From Pseudomonadota bacterium (lineage in GTDB: Bacteria > Desulfobacterota > Anaeroferrophillalia > Anaeroferrophillales > Tharpellaceae), in NCBI GenBank assembly GCA_030641485.1, contig DAOWHJ010000038.1, forward strand, positions 1-56,296: a stretch of DNA of 56,296 bases, given 5' to 3'. The notes beneath the pieces were generated by a model. That model saw only the letters and a program-made list of their open reading frames with translations, was not told the origin of the DNA and ran no database searches. A program made the translations under genes and the position numbers. Shown here piece after piece: positions 8,210-17,171 of the stretch. Within the stretch, counting starts at the first letter, position 1; the number at the start of each line of letters is the position of its first letter.

Positions 8210-9435
8210 AATTTATCTACAGACTTCAGCACCAGACAGGAATTGACTCCGCCTAGAGCAAAATTGTTTTTTAACACCAGATTCACAGAGCCCTTCCTGA
8301 CCCCTGAAAAAATATTTGGCCCAACACAGTCAGGATCTATCTCTTCAAGATTGCGGGTCGGCCAGAGTTCCCCTCGCTGCATCATTGCAACCGTGGCAAT
8401 GGTTTCCAGGCCGCCACTAGCGGCTAGAGTATGACCGAGGTGACCTTTAAGTGAGCTGATGGGTACCTCTTCACCAAAGAGCTCAAGTAGAGCCTGAGCT
8501 TCGGCAATATCACCTTTCTCGGTGGCCGTAGCGTGAGCATTGACGTAGTCGATTGCGCCAGGTTCAACTCCGGCACTCGCCAAAGCTTCAAGCATACAGA
8601 GTTGCATCGCGGCACTACTCGGTTCCGCGATACTTCCGGTCTCAGTCAAGGTGGCAAAGCCAATGATCTCAGCTAAAATATGCGCCCCCCGATTTTCTGC
8701 AGCAGTCAGCTCCTCAAGTACTAAGACTCCGGCGCCCTCACCGCAAACCACCCCATCTCGCCTTCGATCAAATGGGCGGGAGGCTTGAGTCGGCTCTTCA
8801 TTATAGCGAAAAGAGGCCGCATTCATCAAGTCAAAAGTTGCAGCAGAGAGCGGATGAAATTCCTCGGTCCCACCGCAAACCATAGCTTCCTGGATGCCAA
8901 ATTTAATCATCTCATAAGCATACCCCAGAGCTTGACATCCGGTGGCACATGCCGCAGCCGGGGCGAGCAGACGCCCATTAAGACCAAAAAACTGAGCCAC
9001 ATTTGTTGCAGCCGAGTGATTCATGGTCTTAAAAAACAGTGAGGTTTTCATCCGGGAAAAACTCTTATCCACCAAGTGATCGGCAAAAAAGTTTTCACAC
9101 GTTTCCAAGCTACTGATAGTGGTTCCGAGTGCAACCCCATAGCGGCCACTATCATATAGGGCTTCTGGCAAAGCCGCCTGATTCAAGGCTTCACGGGCCG
9201 CGAGTACGGCAAAGATAGATTGTCGCGACATGGAACGCCGCTTATTTCGGGCAATATCCTTATCATTAACCCCCGGCACCAAGGCCGCAAGGCGGGTTCT
9301 TAATCCGTCATAATCAGATAAGCGATCGAGAACTTTGATCGCACTACGGTCATTAAGGAAACCATCTATAAGTTCCTCAACCCCGCGACCGAAGGGCGAA
9401 ATCGCACCCATTCCCGTAATCACTACCCGTCGCAT
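8206..9435 (-). CDS. Beta-ketoacyl-ACP synthase, FabF/FabB-like (409 aa)
   Basis: Catalytic triad motifs are present: AAACATGCQALG (Cys), NAHATATEKGD (His), KGHLGHTLAASG (His). The stop codon lies inside the terminal repeat of the family A element. Confidence 0.9.
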   Translation of the reverse strand: MRRVVITGMGAISPFGRGVEELIDGFLNDRSAIKVLDRLSDYDGLRTRLAALVPGVNDKDIARNKRRSMSRQSIFAVLAAREALNQAALPEALYDSGRYGVALGTTISSLETCENFFADHLVDKSFSRMKTSLFFKTMNHSAATNVAQFFGLNGRLLAPAAACATGCQALGYAYEMIKFGIQEAMVCGGTEEFHPLSAATFDLMNAASFRYNEEPTQASRPFDRRRDGVVCGEGAGVLVLEELTAAENRGAHILAEIIGFATLTETGSIAEPSSAAMQLCMLEALASAGVEPGAIDYVNAHATATEKGDIAEAQALLELFGEEVPISSLKGHLGHTLAASGGLETIATVAMMQRGELWPTRNLEEIDPDCVGPNIFSGVRKGSVNLVLKNNFALGGVNSCLVLKSVDKL

Positions 9436-10940
9436 ACAACCTCACGCCTCAAGGCCTCGACCTTATCGTGACCAACAATCTCACCGACTGCCATAAGTGC
9501 CGAAGTAATTGCCCCCAAAAGCCCTGGGGCCGTAGTCGCTTGGCCGGCTAGGAAAAAATTCTCAAGTCTGGTTTTGGCGGCTGGATTAAATTGTCCGACC
9601 ATATGTTTTACCCCATAAAGTGACCCGGTGGGGGATAAGTTAATCCGTTGCAAAGTTTTTTTCGTCGCCACACACTCAACCTTGAGCCCTGCGCCTAACT
9701 CCGGCAACAAACCTGAAATTCGTTCGCGCACCTGCTCCCCAATTTGCACTTTTCCCTCTGCATATGCAAACCTTGACTGAGCCTCGCCAGCGGCAACCTC
9801 AGAAGCGGCGGGAAGAATGGCAGTTATACCACACTCATGAGCACCGGTAAAGCCACCGGAACTGGCGAAGTTAAGATAGAGTAGGCGTTCGCAAAGCGGC
9901 AAGTCAGGAGCAAACAGGTCGGTTCCCGGCGAGGGCAGAAAAAAGAAGTTTCGACCGGCAAAGTCGTAAGAATCGGAGGCTTCCCCACCTAAAGCACTTC
10001 CTCGCTGACGCTCACAGCGCAAAAAAACGATTTCAGCACTTGCAGTTTCAGCTAAGGCGTTAAGTCGACGCCGATAAACTGGCCGAAAAACCGAATCAGG
10101 AACCAGAGCCAACATCGCTTTAGGATGAATAGTTGAGACACAATTTACAGCCTGAAGACGCTCGCCATTAGCACAGGCAAGCCCGGCAAACGCCCCCGCC
10201 GCAGTCAACTCCACCTCGCTCACCTGGTGGCGACAGAAAAGATCAACCCCACTGCGTTCACATGCCGCAACCAAAGCCTTAACCAAAGCCCTTCCCCCAC
10301 CCTTAAAGGTTGAGGCCGAACGATAGTAACCATCAACCACACCAGCATGAATTGCAAAGGGGACTTCAGAGGGCTTAGTTCCATACAAAAGGCAATGTAC
10401 CTGCAACAAGGTTCGGAGCTCACCTGAAATTGCCAACTCAGCAAATACCTGCTCCAGACTTTGCTCATGTAGAGCCGCAAGACTCAAAGGAGAGAAGGCC
10501 GCTTGCGGATGATAATAGGGTAAATTTTGCGTGACTTCCTGAACCCGCCCCAAGTACTTCGTGATGGGGTTACGTTGCTCAGGGAAACGCTTTTGCAATG
10601 CCAGGCTCAGAGCGTCATAACCTTGCGGGAAAGAGAAATTCAAACCACTTTCAGGCTGAATGATGGTGTCATAGGCCAACTCATCAAAGGCGACCCGATG
10701 CAGGTCCTCAGCAACCCCTAAAAGACTGAGACTGCGATCAAGAACGCCGCCACTCTCCAGCCCGCCGGCATAGTGAAATCCCGCCTCAAAATAGACCCCG
10801 TTACGGACAAATCCATCAATCAACGGGGCCGGTCCTGAAGCCTGCTCAAGCAGGGCCACGCGAAAGCCAAAACGGGCCAGCAGCAAGGCACTGCTAATCC
10901 CGGAGACCCCGGCTCCGATAACTAGGTAATCATATTTCAT
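9423..10940 (-). CDS. NAD(P)/FAD-dependent oxidoreductase, phytoene desaturase family (505 aa)
   Basis: YDYLVIGAGVSGISSALLLARFGFRVALLEQ Rossmann motif. It overlaps the upstream KS by 4 nt and the downstream KS by 13 nt. Confidence 0.7.
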   Translation of the reverse strand: MKYDYLVIGAGVSGISSALLLARFGFRVALLEQASGPAPLIDGFVRNGVYFEAGFHYAGGLESGGVLDRSLSLLGVAEDLHRVAFDELAYDTIIQPESGLNFSFPQGYDALSLALQKRFPEQRNPITKYLGRVQEVTQNLPYYHPQAAFSPLSLAALHEQSLEQVFAELAISGELRTLLQVHCLLYGTKPSEVPFAIHAGVVDGYYRSASTFKGGGRALVKALVAACERSGVDLFCRHQVSEVELTAAGAFAGLACANGERLQAVNCVSTIHPKAMLALVPDSVFRPVYRRRLNALAETASAEIVFLRCERQRGSALGGEASDSYDFAGRNFFFLPSPGTDLFAPDLPLCERLLYLNFASSGGFTGAHECGITAILPAASEVAAGEAQSRFAYAEGKVQIGEQVRERISGLLPELGAGLKVECVATKKTLQRINLSPTGSLYGVKHMVGQFNPAAKTRLENFFLAGQATTAPGLLGAITSALMAVGEIVGHDKVEALRREVVCDG

Positions 10941-12172
10941 GGGGTGCCAAAATCGAGCAGCAGCGAAGCGTTGGAACCACCAAAACCCGCGGCATTACAG
11001 AGTACCTTATCAGGTTTTTGCAAGCAAGTTTCATTTAATATTCGCAAACCCGCAGTACTCTCATCATGTTCAAAAAAATTAATCGTCGGGGCCATAAAAC
11101 CAGCTTCTGCCATAATCACAGCGTAGACTGCGGTCGCCGCTCCAGCCATCCAAAGTTCATGACCGGTCATCGACTTAAGAGCACTGACCCAAGGCATCGA
11201 TGACGCTGAAAAAACTGACCTGATATTTTCGGCCTCAGCGGCATCACCCGCCGGGGTTGAAGTCGCGTGTGCCAGAAGCAAACAGATATCTTCAGGGTCA
11301 AGGTTTGCATCCATTAATGCCGCCCGCATAGACCGAGCCAGACCGTCAACACTCGGCACCGAAAGAGTACCGCCATCAGAAGAGAAACCGTATCCAGCAA
11401 CCTCACCTAAAATATTTGCCCCACGCTTCTGCGCCAGATCATAATTTTCCAAGACCAAGGCGGCAGCCCCGCCACTGGGGACCAAACCGTCTCGATCTTT
11501 ATCAAAGGGTCGTGATGCGGCCACCGGATCATCAATCCGTGACGAAAAGGCACCGAGGGCATCAAAGCTACACATCGACTCCCAATTAATCTCCTGAGCC
11601 CCACCACAGATAACCCGCTCCTGACGACCTAAAGCGATCAAGTCCGCAGCCTGGCCAATCGCATGCCCGCTACTTGAACAGGCCGAGCTTAACGTCCAAC
11701 TTGCCCCTTGGGTCCCAAGCAAAACATTCAGGTTCATGGTTATAGCCGAGGTCATCGCCCGAAAGACCAAGCCACTTCCAAGTTTATGGGTCTCTCCATG
11801 TTGACGTAAAAGCTCAACCTGCTCCACCGCCGCCAGACAACTCGAATCACAACCAAAGATCAAACCGCTTTGCGGGTTACGTAACTCTTCGTCATGAAGG
11901 CCAGCTTGGGCCAAAGCTTCACACACCGCAACATAAGCATGCTGGGCAAAATCCGGCATCGTTTTACGCTGCTTTCGACTTAAAAAACGCTCCGGACAAA
12001 CCTCTGGCAGGCGACCGGTTAGCGGGCTGCGAAAGCCCGCCGTTTGGCGCACTTCATCTGCGACAATCCCAGATTGCCCAGCCTTCAGAGCCCCTGCAAC
12101 CGTCTCAACCCCGACCCCGAGACAAGAAACAATCCCAACCCCAGTTATCGCAACTCGGTTTCGTTCTACCAT
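10937..12172 (-). CDS. Beta-ketoacyl-ACP synthase, FabB/FabF-like (411 aa)
   Basis: SSACSSSGHAIGQA (Cys), AHATSTPAGD (His), KSMTGHELWMAG (His). Confidence 0.9.
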   Translation of the reverse strand: MVERNRVAITGVGIVSCLGVGVETVAGALKAGQSGIVADEVRQTAGFRSPLTGRLPEVCPERFLSRKQRKTMPDFAQHAYVAVCEALAQAGLHDEELRNPQSGLIFGCDSSCLAAVEQVELLRQHGETHKLGSGLVFRAMTSAITMNLNVLLGTQGASWTLSSACSSSGHAIGQAADLIALGRQERVICGGAQEINWESMCSFDALGAFSSRIDDPVAASRPFDKDRDGLVPSGGAAALVLENYDLAQKRGANILGEVAGYGFSSDGGTLSVPSVDGLARSMRAALMDANLDPEDICLLLAHATSTPAGDAAEAENIRSVFSASSMPWVSALKSMTGHELWMAGAATAVYAVIMAEAGFMAPTINFFEHDESTAGLRILNETCLQKPDKVLCNAAGFGGSNASLLLDFGTP

Positions 12173-12193
12173 AAAGCCCTATACAAACAATCA

Positions 12194-12347
12194 GTATACA
12201 ATTCAGGTCCCCCCACTATAAAGCCACAACAAATGGCGGCGAACATTGCTTCGCTCCCATAAACGGGGTCAAAGCTGGGGTGCTGACGCACCTAGTACCA
12301 GCAATGACCCCAATCCCGGCAGTTCAGATCGCACCTGAATAGTTACA
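12194..12347. mobile_element. MITE-like palindromic element, family A copy 2 (154 bp)
   Basis: Collinear with copy 1 at high identity. The right terminal repeat ACCTGAATAGTTAC is intact and the left one is degenerate (GTATACAATTCAGGT). Flanking octamers AACAATCA / AATAATTA match 6 of 8. Confidence 0.7.
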
Positions 12348-12358
12348 ATAATTATTGG

Positions 12359-12979
12359 TTAACGATGGTTAACACCGGGCATGCCTTGCGTGTTTCCCAT
12401 TCCCAACATACCGGGGATATTCGGCATTGCAATTTTACTGAAATTGGCTGGGACCTTAAACAGGTGATCCGGTTGCGGGGCAGAGTTAATATTACGATAG
12501 TTGACTTCGGCTTCATCGGAGATGACACGAACCGGGAGGCTCTCTTTTTTCGCAATCCAGTAAGTTACCTTTTCGCCCTCATCAGCCAACTCATATTTAT
12601 TGCAATCAACCCCATTTACAGTTTCACTGCCGAGTTTTTTTGCCTCTTTTCCCAGCTCCTGATTCCAATCTCCAGGCATATCATCCCCCTCCTCAGGGTC
12701 GATAGCCATCTCTAAGTAACGCTTTTCCTGCGGCATCAAAGTCCAAGCAACTCCTTTATCCGGGCGGCTAATCAAAATAATTTTACGCCCACCCTGACTC
12801 ATCTCATGACGACTCATCTCGCCCTTGAAAAAAATCTTTCCTTGAGCGACAACCTGCCCCCCTGAAGTAGTCTCCATATCGGCACTATACTCTGCCGCCT
12901 GCAGGATGGGCAAAACCGCAAAACATAGCAAAAAAATGGCACTAAGCATTATCGTTGCAGTTCTTTTCATAAAGCTCAT
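12359..12979 (-). CDS. Periplasmic LolA-fold-like protein (DUF4412-type, 206 aa)
   Basis: Signal peptide (IMLSAIFLLCFAVLPILQA). The pattern GKIFFKGEMSRHEM...ILISRPDKGVAWTLMPQEKRYLE...GSETVNGVDCNKYE...LFKVPANF is typical of this family as I recall it. Not checked against an HMM. Confidence 0.5.
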   Translation of the reverse strand: MSFMKRTATIMLSAIFLLCFAVLPILQAAEYSADMETTSGGQVVAQGKIFFKGEMSRHEMSQGGRKIILISRPDKGVAWTLMPQEKRYLEMAIDPEEGDDMPGDWNQELGKEAKKLGSETVNGVDCNKYELADEGEKVTYWIAKKESLPVRVISDEAEVNYRNINSAPQPDHLFKVPANFSKIAMPNIPGMLGMGNTQGMPGVNHR

Positions 12980-13080
12980 ATCTCCCCCTCGTTAACTCAA
13001 AATTTGTAGATATTCAGTTTCATTTAATTAAATACTAAGTTCGTGGATTTTCTTTGTAACTTAATCGCCAATCACAATAT

Positions 13081-13809
13081 CTAAATAATTCCACCATTCA
13101 CAGATAAAACCTGGCCGGTTATATATGACGCTTTGTCAGAGCAGAGAAAGGAGACCGCATCGGCAACCTCTTGCGCCTGCCCGAATCTACCCAATGGGAT
13201 AGTCGGTAAAATCTTATCAACGGGCAAATCTTCTGTCATCTCGGTTTCAATAAAACCGGGGGCAACCGCATTGACCAGAATTTTACGTTTTGCAATTTCA
13301 GCGGCAAGTGAGCGCGTAGCTCCTATCAAACCTGATTTTGCGGCACTATAGTTAACCTGACCGGCAACCCCGATCTGGCCAGAGGTTGAGACAACATTGA
13401 CAATCCGTCCAGATCTTTTACGAAGCATCCGGGCGACAACCAGTTTGGTGATCAGAAAAAAACCATCCAGATGAACTCTTAACACCGACTGCCAATCATA
13501 ACGACTCATCAGGGCCATCACCCCGTCCCGGGCAAAACCGGCATTATTAACCAGAATATAAGGGGTCTCTTCTGCCAGCAGCGGACTTAGCGCCCCATCC
13601 ACCGCCTCTTCATCCGCGACATCAAAGGGCAACAACCGACACTCTCGACCAAGGGCAGTAATTTTATCGGCAACCGACTTGGCCGCATCGTGATTGGAAC
13701 GGTAGTTAAGCCAGATATCGTAGCCATCGGCGGCCAGGGTTTCCGCAATCGCCGCGCCAATCCCGCGCCCGGCTCCGGTGACCAAGGCAATCTTATTGTT
13801 TTTCGACAT
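13081..13809 (-). CDS. fabG: 3-oxoacyl-ACP reductase FabG-like SDR (242 aa)
   Basis: KIALVTGAGRGIGAAIA (TGxxxGIG), NNAG, YSAAKSG (YxxxK). The start is trimmed from the ORF-track 13917 to ATG 13807-13809, which has a GGGAG RBS and avoids overlap with the upstream gene. Confidence 0.85.
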   Translation of the reverse strand: MSKNNKIALVTGAGRGIGAAIAETLAADGYDIWLNYRSNHDAAKSVADKITALGRECRLLPFDVADEEAVDGALSPLLAEETPYILVNNAGFARDGVMALMSRYDWQSVLRVHLDGFFLITKLVVARMLRKRSGRIVNVVSTSGQIGVAGQVNYSAAKSGLIGATRSLAAEIAKRKILVNAVAPGFIETEMTEDLPVDKILPTIPLGRFGQAQEVADAVSFLCSDKASYITGQVLSVNGGII

Positions 13810-13822
13810 ACTCCCAACCATT

Positions 13823-14407
13823 CTAATATCTAACGTTGACCACTTTACCCTTACTGTTGAACTCAACCACAACGGTGCGAAAACGATTACGCCAATATTT
13901 CCATTGGTTATCGTCAAGAGATGGGGTTTCGTGTGCCGCAGGGTAGCCCAAAGCTGTCATTACCCCTTTTTTGGTCATCCCCTTGTAAGCCTTACCCTTT
14001 TTGATTCCTTTCAGGTCAACTGCAGAAAAACCTTTCAAAGAGACCGGTTTAGGGGAGAGAATCAGCTCCTCATACTCATCAACACTGACCCCTAAACGAC
14101 TTTCATGGACCTCAAAAACCCCATGTCGACCATCTTCAAGGTCATAATAAAAACCATAGTTTTTCATGAAACGTTTCCAGGTTCGAACTGTCAATTTAGT
14201 GTTGGGCGGAATAATGACGTGACCGGCCCCGGGATCGGTATAGTTGGCATAGCTCGACTTCAACAAGCCTTTCTTATCCTTCTGCGCATGGATATTATAC
14301 TTGTTATAAAAGGTTTCGCTGGCGGCAAAGACATTGGCAAAAAAACCACCCAGCAAAAAACTCACCAACAAAAACAGAACTGAAATCTGCGTAACTTTTT
14401 TAATCAT
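13823..14407 (-). CDS. Secreted protein of unknown function with C-terminal BamE/SmpA_OmlA-like segment (194 aa)
   Basis: The start is trimmed to ATG 14405-14407 behind AAGGAG. Signal peptide MIKKVTQISVLFLLVSFLLGGFFANVFA. The C-terminal GMTKKGVMTALGYPA...WKYW...VVEFNSKGKVVNV resembles the BamE fold signature. Confidence 0.5.
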   Translation of the reverse strand: MIKKVTQISVLFLLVSFLLGGFFANVFAASETFYNKYNIHAQKDKKGLLKSSYANYTDPGAGHVIIPPNTKLTVRTWKRFMKNYGFYYDLEDGRHGVFEVHESRLGVSVDEYEELILSPKPVSLKGFSAVDLKGIKKGKAYKGMTKKGVMTALGYPAAHETPSLDDNQWKYWRNRFRTVVVEFNSKGKVVNVRY

Positions 14408-14583
14408 TTCTCTCTCCTTATGAAGACTTTGACTGACTTTTAACATGAACAATTTCAGCCTATCAATAAAAGATATCACCGTCAAGGATTTTCACCCATC
14501 CATTCCGTCCCTGACCTATAACACTCAAGAAAGGTAGCATTCAGTTCCTAATGGTTTATCTGTTTATGCTGAAATCGGCAAAA

Positions 14584-17136
14584 TTAAAGCCAGGGTTTTT
14601 CGGGCCAGGAGTGTTTGGGGTAGCGCCCACGCATCTCCTTACGTACCTCAGGGTAGGAACCATGCCAGAAACCGGCAAGATCATCGGTTATTTGAACCGG
14701 ACGTTGGGCCGGCGAGAGCAGGTGCAAAAGCACAGGGATTTTGCCGCCACCGATTTTCGGGGTTTTCAGACAGCCAAAAAACTCCTGTACCCGGGCCGCC
14801 AAAACCGGCAGAGAACCGGCACAGTAATCAAGTTTAGTTCGGCGACCCGAAGGTAAGTTGATATGAGTCGGAGCTAGCCTTTCAAGTTCTGGCAGTTGCT
14901 GCCAAGTTAAGCGCTTATGCAGAGTTGTGCTCAAATCAAACCGTAAAAGCGCATTTGAATTACGCACTCCCCCTAAATGAGGCATCAGCCAGTCTGAAAT
15001 TTCAGCAAGTAATGATTCATCATCACAAGCCGGCCACTCCTCTTTTATAACTAATCCACTATTGCGGACAAAGTCTACCCGCGCGCACCATTGCTGCAGT
15101 TTTTCATTCCAGGGCAGCAGCTTAAGTCCAACCCGGCTGAATCCATCGAGCCAGGCTTTAGCCAAATCTTGGGCTAAAGGGTTCCGTAGAAGCCCCTCTT
15201 CCAGGGTCAGCGAATTAAACATCAGCCGCTGCCTCGAGACCACATCAGCACTTTTTTGATCCCAAAAAACTTCGCTTACAGACTGCAATGATTCGGCAAA
15301 TTGCTCCCGAAGGCGGCTTTCAGAATAGGCCGCCGCCAAACGAACTTGAGCTGAGCGCCGCTCTCCTGAAAGCTCAGGAATCACCAACCATTGACAATGC
15401 GACAACGGTTCTGGGTGTGCAAATGAAGCCTCATTACCACCACTCAAAAGAAAACGCAGTTCACCCTCATCACGTTTTCGGGCAATCCGGTCGGGAAAGG
15501 CCAGAGCTAAAAGTTCACCACTAAAACTTATGTCCAAGGACCCTTTTTCGGCAACCCCCAAACGTTGGCTTAAGCGCTTGACCTCACGATGAATAGCTTG
15601 CAACCGGGATTGGTCAACACTACTCGCACTAAAATTGCCGGCATCGGCCAACAACAACTTAAGTCGCAAATCAATATCGCAATCGGAAACCACGCCCGAT
15701 GCTGAGGCTTGAGTCGATTTCAAATCAGACAAAGGGTCACGCTCATTAAGCAGCACCGCCAGAGAAACTGCAAGTCGGCCGTGACCTTGACCCTTACCCG
15801 CCAACATCATCTTGGCTAGACGCGGGTGAGCCCCCAAGGCCGCCATTTCGCGACCTAGTTTAGTGACCGACCGATTTCCATCTACAGCACCTAAATGCTG
15901 AAGAAGAGTAAAAGATGTTTCAATCAAAGCCTGAGGTGGTTTTGTCAACCAACGCAATTCATTAACCCTGGAGACGCCCCATACCGCCATTTCCAGAGCC
16001 ATAGAACTGAGATCGGTTGTCATAATCTCCGGCTGATTAAATTCCATCAAACTCGATTCATCACCCTTACCCCATAAACGATAGCACCAACCCGGGCCCT
16101 CTCGAGCCGCTCGACCGCGACGCTGATCGGCCGCAGCGCGACTTATTTTGACCGTTTTCAGCCGCCCCATGGCGCTCGCGGAATCAAAACGCATCACCCG
16201 ACGCCAGCCGCTGTCAACCACCACCCGTACTCCGGGGATTGTGAGACTCGACTCGGCAATATCGGTCGCCAGAACCACCTTACGATGCCCGGGCAGAACC
16301 GGCTGAAAAGCCTGATCCTGAAGCCTACGCGGCAGGCTGCCATAGAGAGGAATTAGATCAAGGCACAAACTACTGTTTAACGATGAAGACGCATCACGCA
16401 GCATGCCCATAAGCCGCCGGATTTCCCCGGCCCCAGGGAGGAAAACCAGTACATCCCCGACAGTCTCATTTAAAGCCTGAGTCACCAGTCGCGCAACCTC
16501 AGGTAACAAAAGTTTGTTCGAGACCCGTTCACCATAACAAGTTTGCACTGGGTAGGGTGAGATCTGGGCCTCTAAAAGTGGTGCGTCATCAAGAAAACCT
16601 GCTATTTCACGCGCCGCTAAAGTCGCTGACATAATCAGTAATTTAAGCTCAGGTCGCAATAACTCCTGGGCTTGCAAGACGAAAGTCAAACCTAAATCAG
16701 CGTGCAGATGGCGTTCGTGAAATTCATCAAAAATCACCAAACCGTAATCGGTAAGGGCGGGATCATTTTGCAAAAAACGGGTCAAAATTCCTTCGGTGAC
16801 CACCTCAATTTTTGTCTTACGACTGACAACACTCTCGTGACGAACCCGAAAACCGACCGTATCGCCGACCCTTTCACCCAACAATTCGGCCATCCGTTGC
16901 GCCGCCGCTCGGGCCGCGAGACGACGCGGCTCCAACATCACAATCTTCAACCCTGCCAGCCACTCTTCATCCCGCAACATAAGTGGTAAAAGCGTGGTTT
17001 TCCCAGAGCCTGGTGGAGCCTGAAGCACAACTTGTGCGGCGGTTTTAAGCTCCCGACGCAACTCCGGCAACAGACTTAAAACTGCTAGGTTTTCAACATC
17101 TTGACGTTGAAGAAATTTATTGTTTACACGATTCAA
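14584..17136 (-). CDS. hrpB: ATP-dependent RNA helicase HrpB (DEAH-box, 850 aa)
   Basis: APPGSGKTT (motif I), DEFHER (motif II), SATL (III), TDIAESSLTIPGV, QRRGRAAR (VI) and the long HrpB-type C-terminal extension. Confidence 0.9.
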   Translation of the reverse strand: MNRVNNKFLQRQDVENLAVLSLLPELRRELKTAAQVVLQAPPGSGKTTLLPLMLRDEEWLAGLKIVMLEPRRLAARAAAQRMAELLGERVGDTVGFRVRHESVVSRKTKIEVVTEGILTRFLQNDPALTDYGLVIFDEFHERHLHADLGLTFVLQAQELLRPELKLLIMSATLAAREIAGFLDDAPLLEAQISPYPVQTCYGERVSNKLLLPEVARLVTQALNETVGDVLVFLPGAGEIRRLMGMLRDASSSLNSSLCLDLIPLYGSLPRRLQDQAFQPVLPGHRKVVLATDIAESSLTIPGVRVVVDSGWRRVMRFDSASAMGRLKTVKISRAAADQRRGRAAREGPGWCYRLWGKGDESSLMEFNQPEIMTTDLSSMALEMAVWGVSRVNELRWLTKPPQALIETSFTLLQHLGAVDGNRSVTKLGREMAALGAHPRLAKMMLAGKGQGHGRLAVSLAVLLNERDPLSDLKSTQASASGVVSDCDIDLRLKLLLADAGNFSASSVDQSRLQAIHREVKRLSQRLGVAEKGSLDISFSGELLALAFPDRIARKRDEGELRFLLSGGNEASFAHPEPLSHCQWLVIPELSGERRSAQVRLAAAYSESRLREQFAESLQSVSEVFWDQKSADVVSRQRLMFNSLTLEEGLLRNPLAQDLAKAWLDGFSRVGLKLLPWNEKLQQWCARVDFVRNSGLVIKEEWPACDDESLLAEISDWLMPHLGGVRNSNALLRFDLSTTLHKRLTWQQLPELERLAPTHINLPSGRRTKLDYCAGSLPVLAARVQEFFGCLKTPKIGGGKIPVLLHLLSPAQRPVQITDDLAGFWHGSYPEVRKEMRGRYPKHSWPEKPWL

Positions 17137-17171
17137 AACAGGACTCGTTTTTCAAAAGATAATCGACAATA

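Noticed and set aside
13081-14485. Long N-terminal extensions of the FabG-like and secreted-protein ORFs as given in the ORF track (starts 13917 and 14485)
   Set aside because: The extensions overlap the upstream gene or lack an RBS. Internal ATGs at 13809 and 14407 have GGAG-type RBSs and give canonical N-termini (TGxxxGIG spacing and a signal peptide). The same logic was applied at 20508 and 34158.
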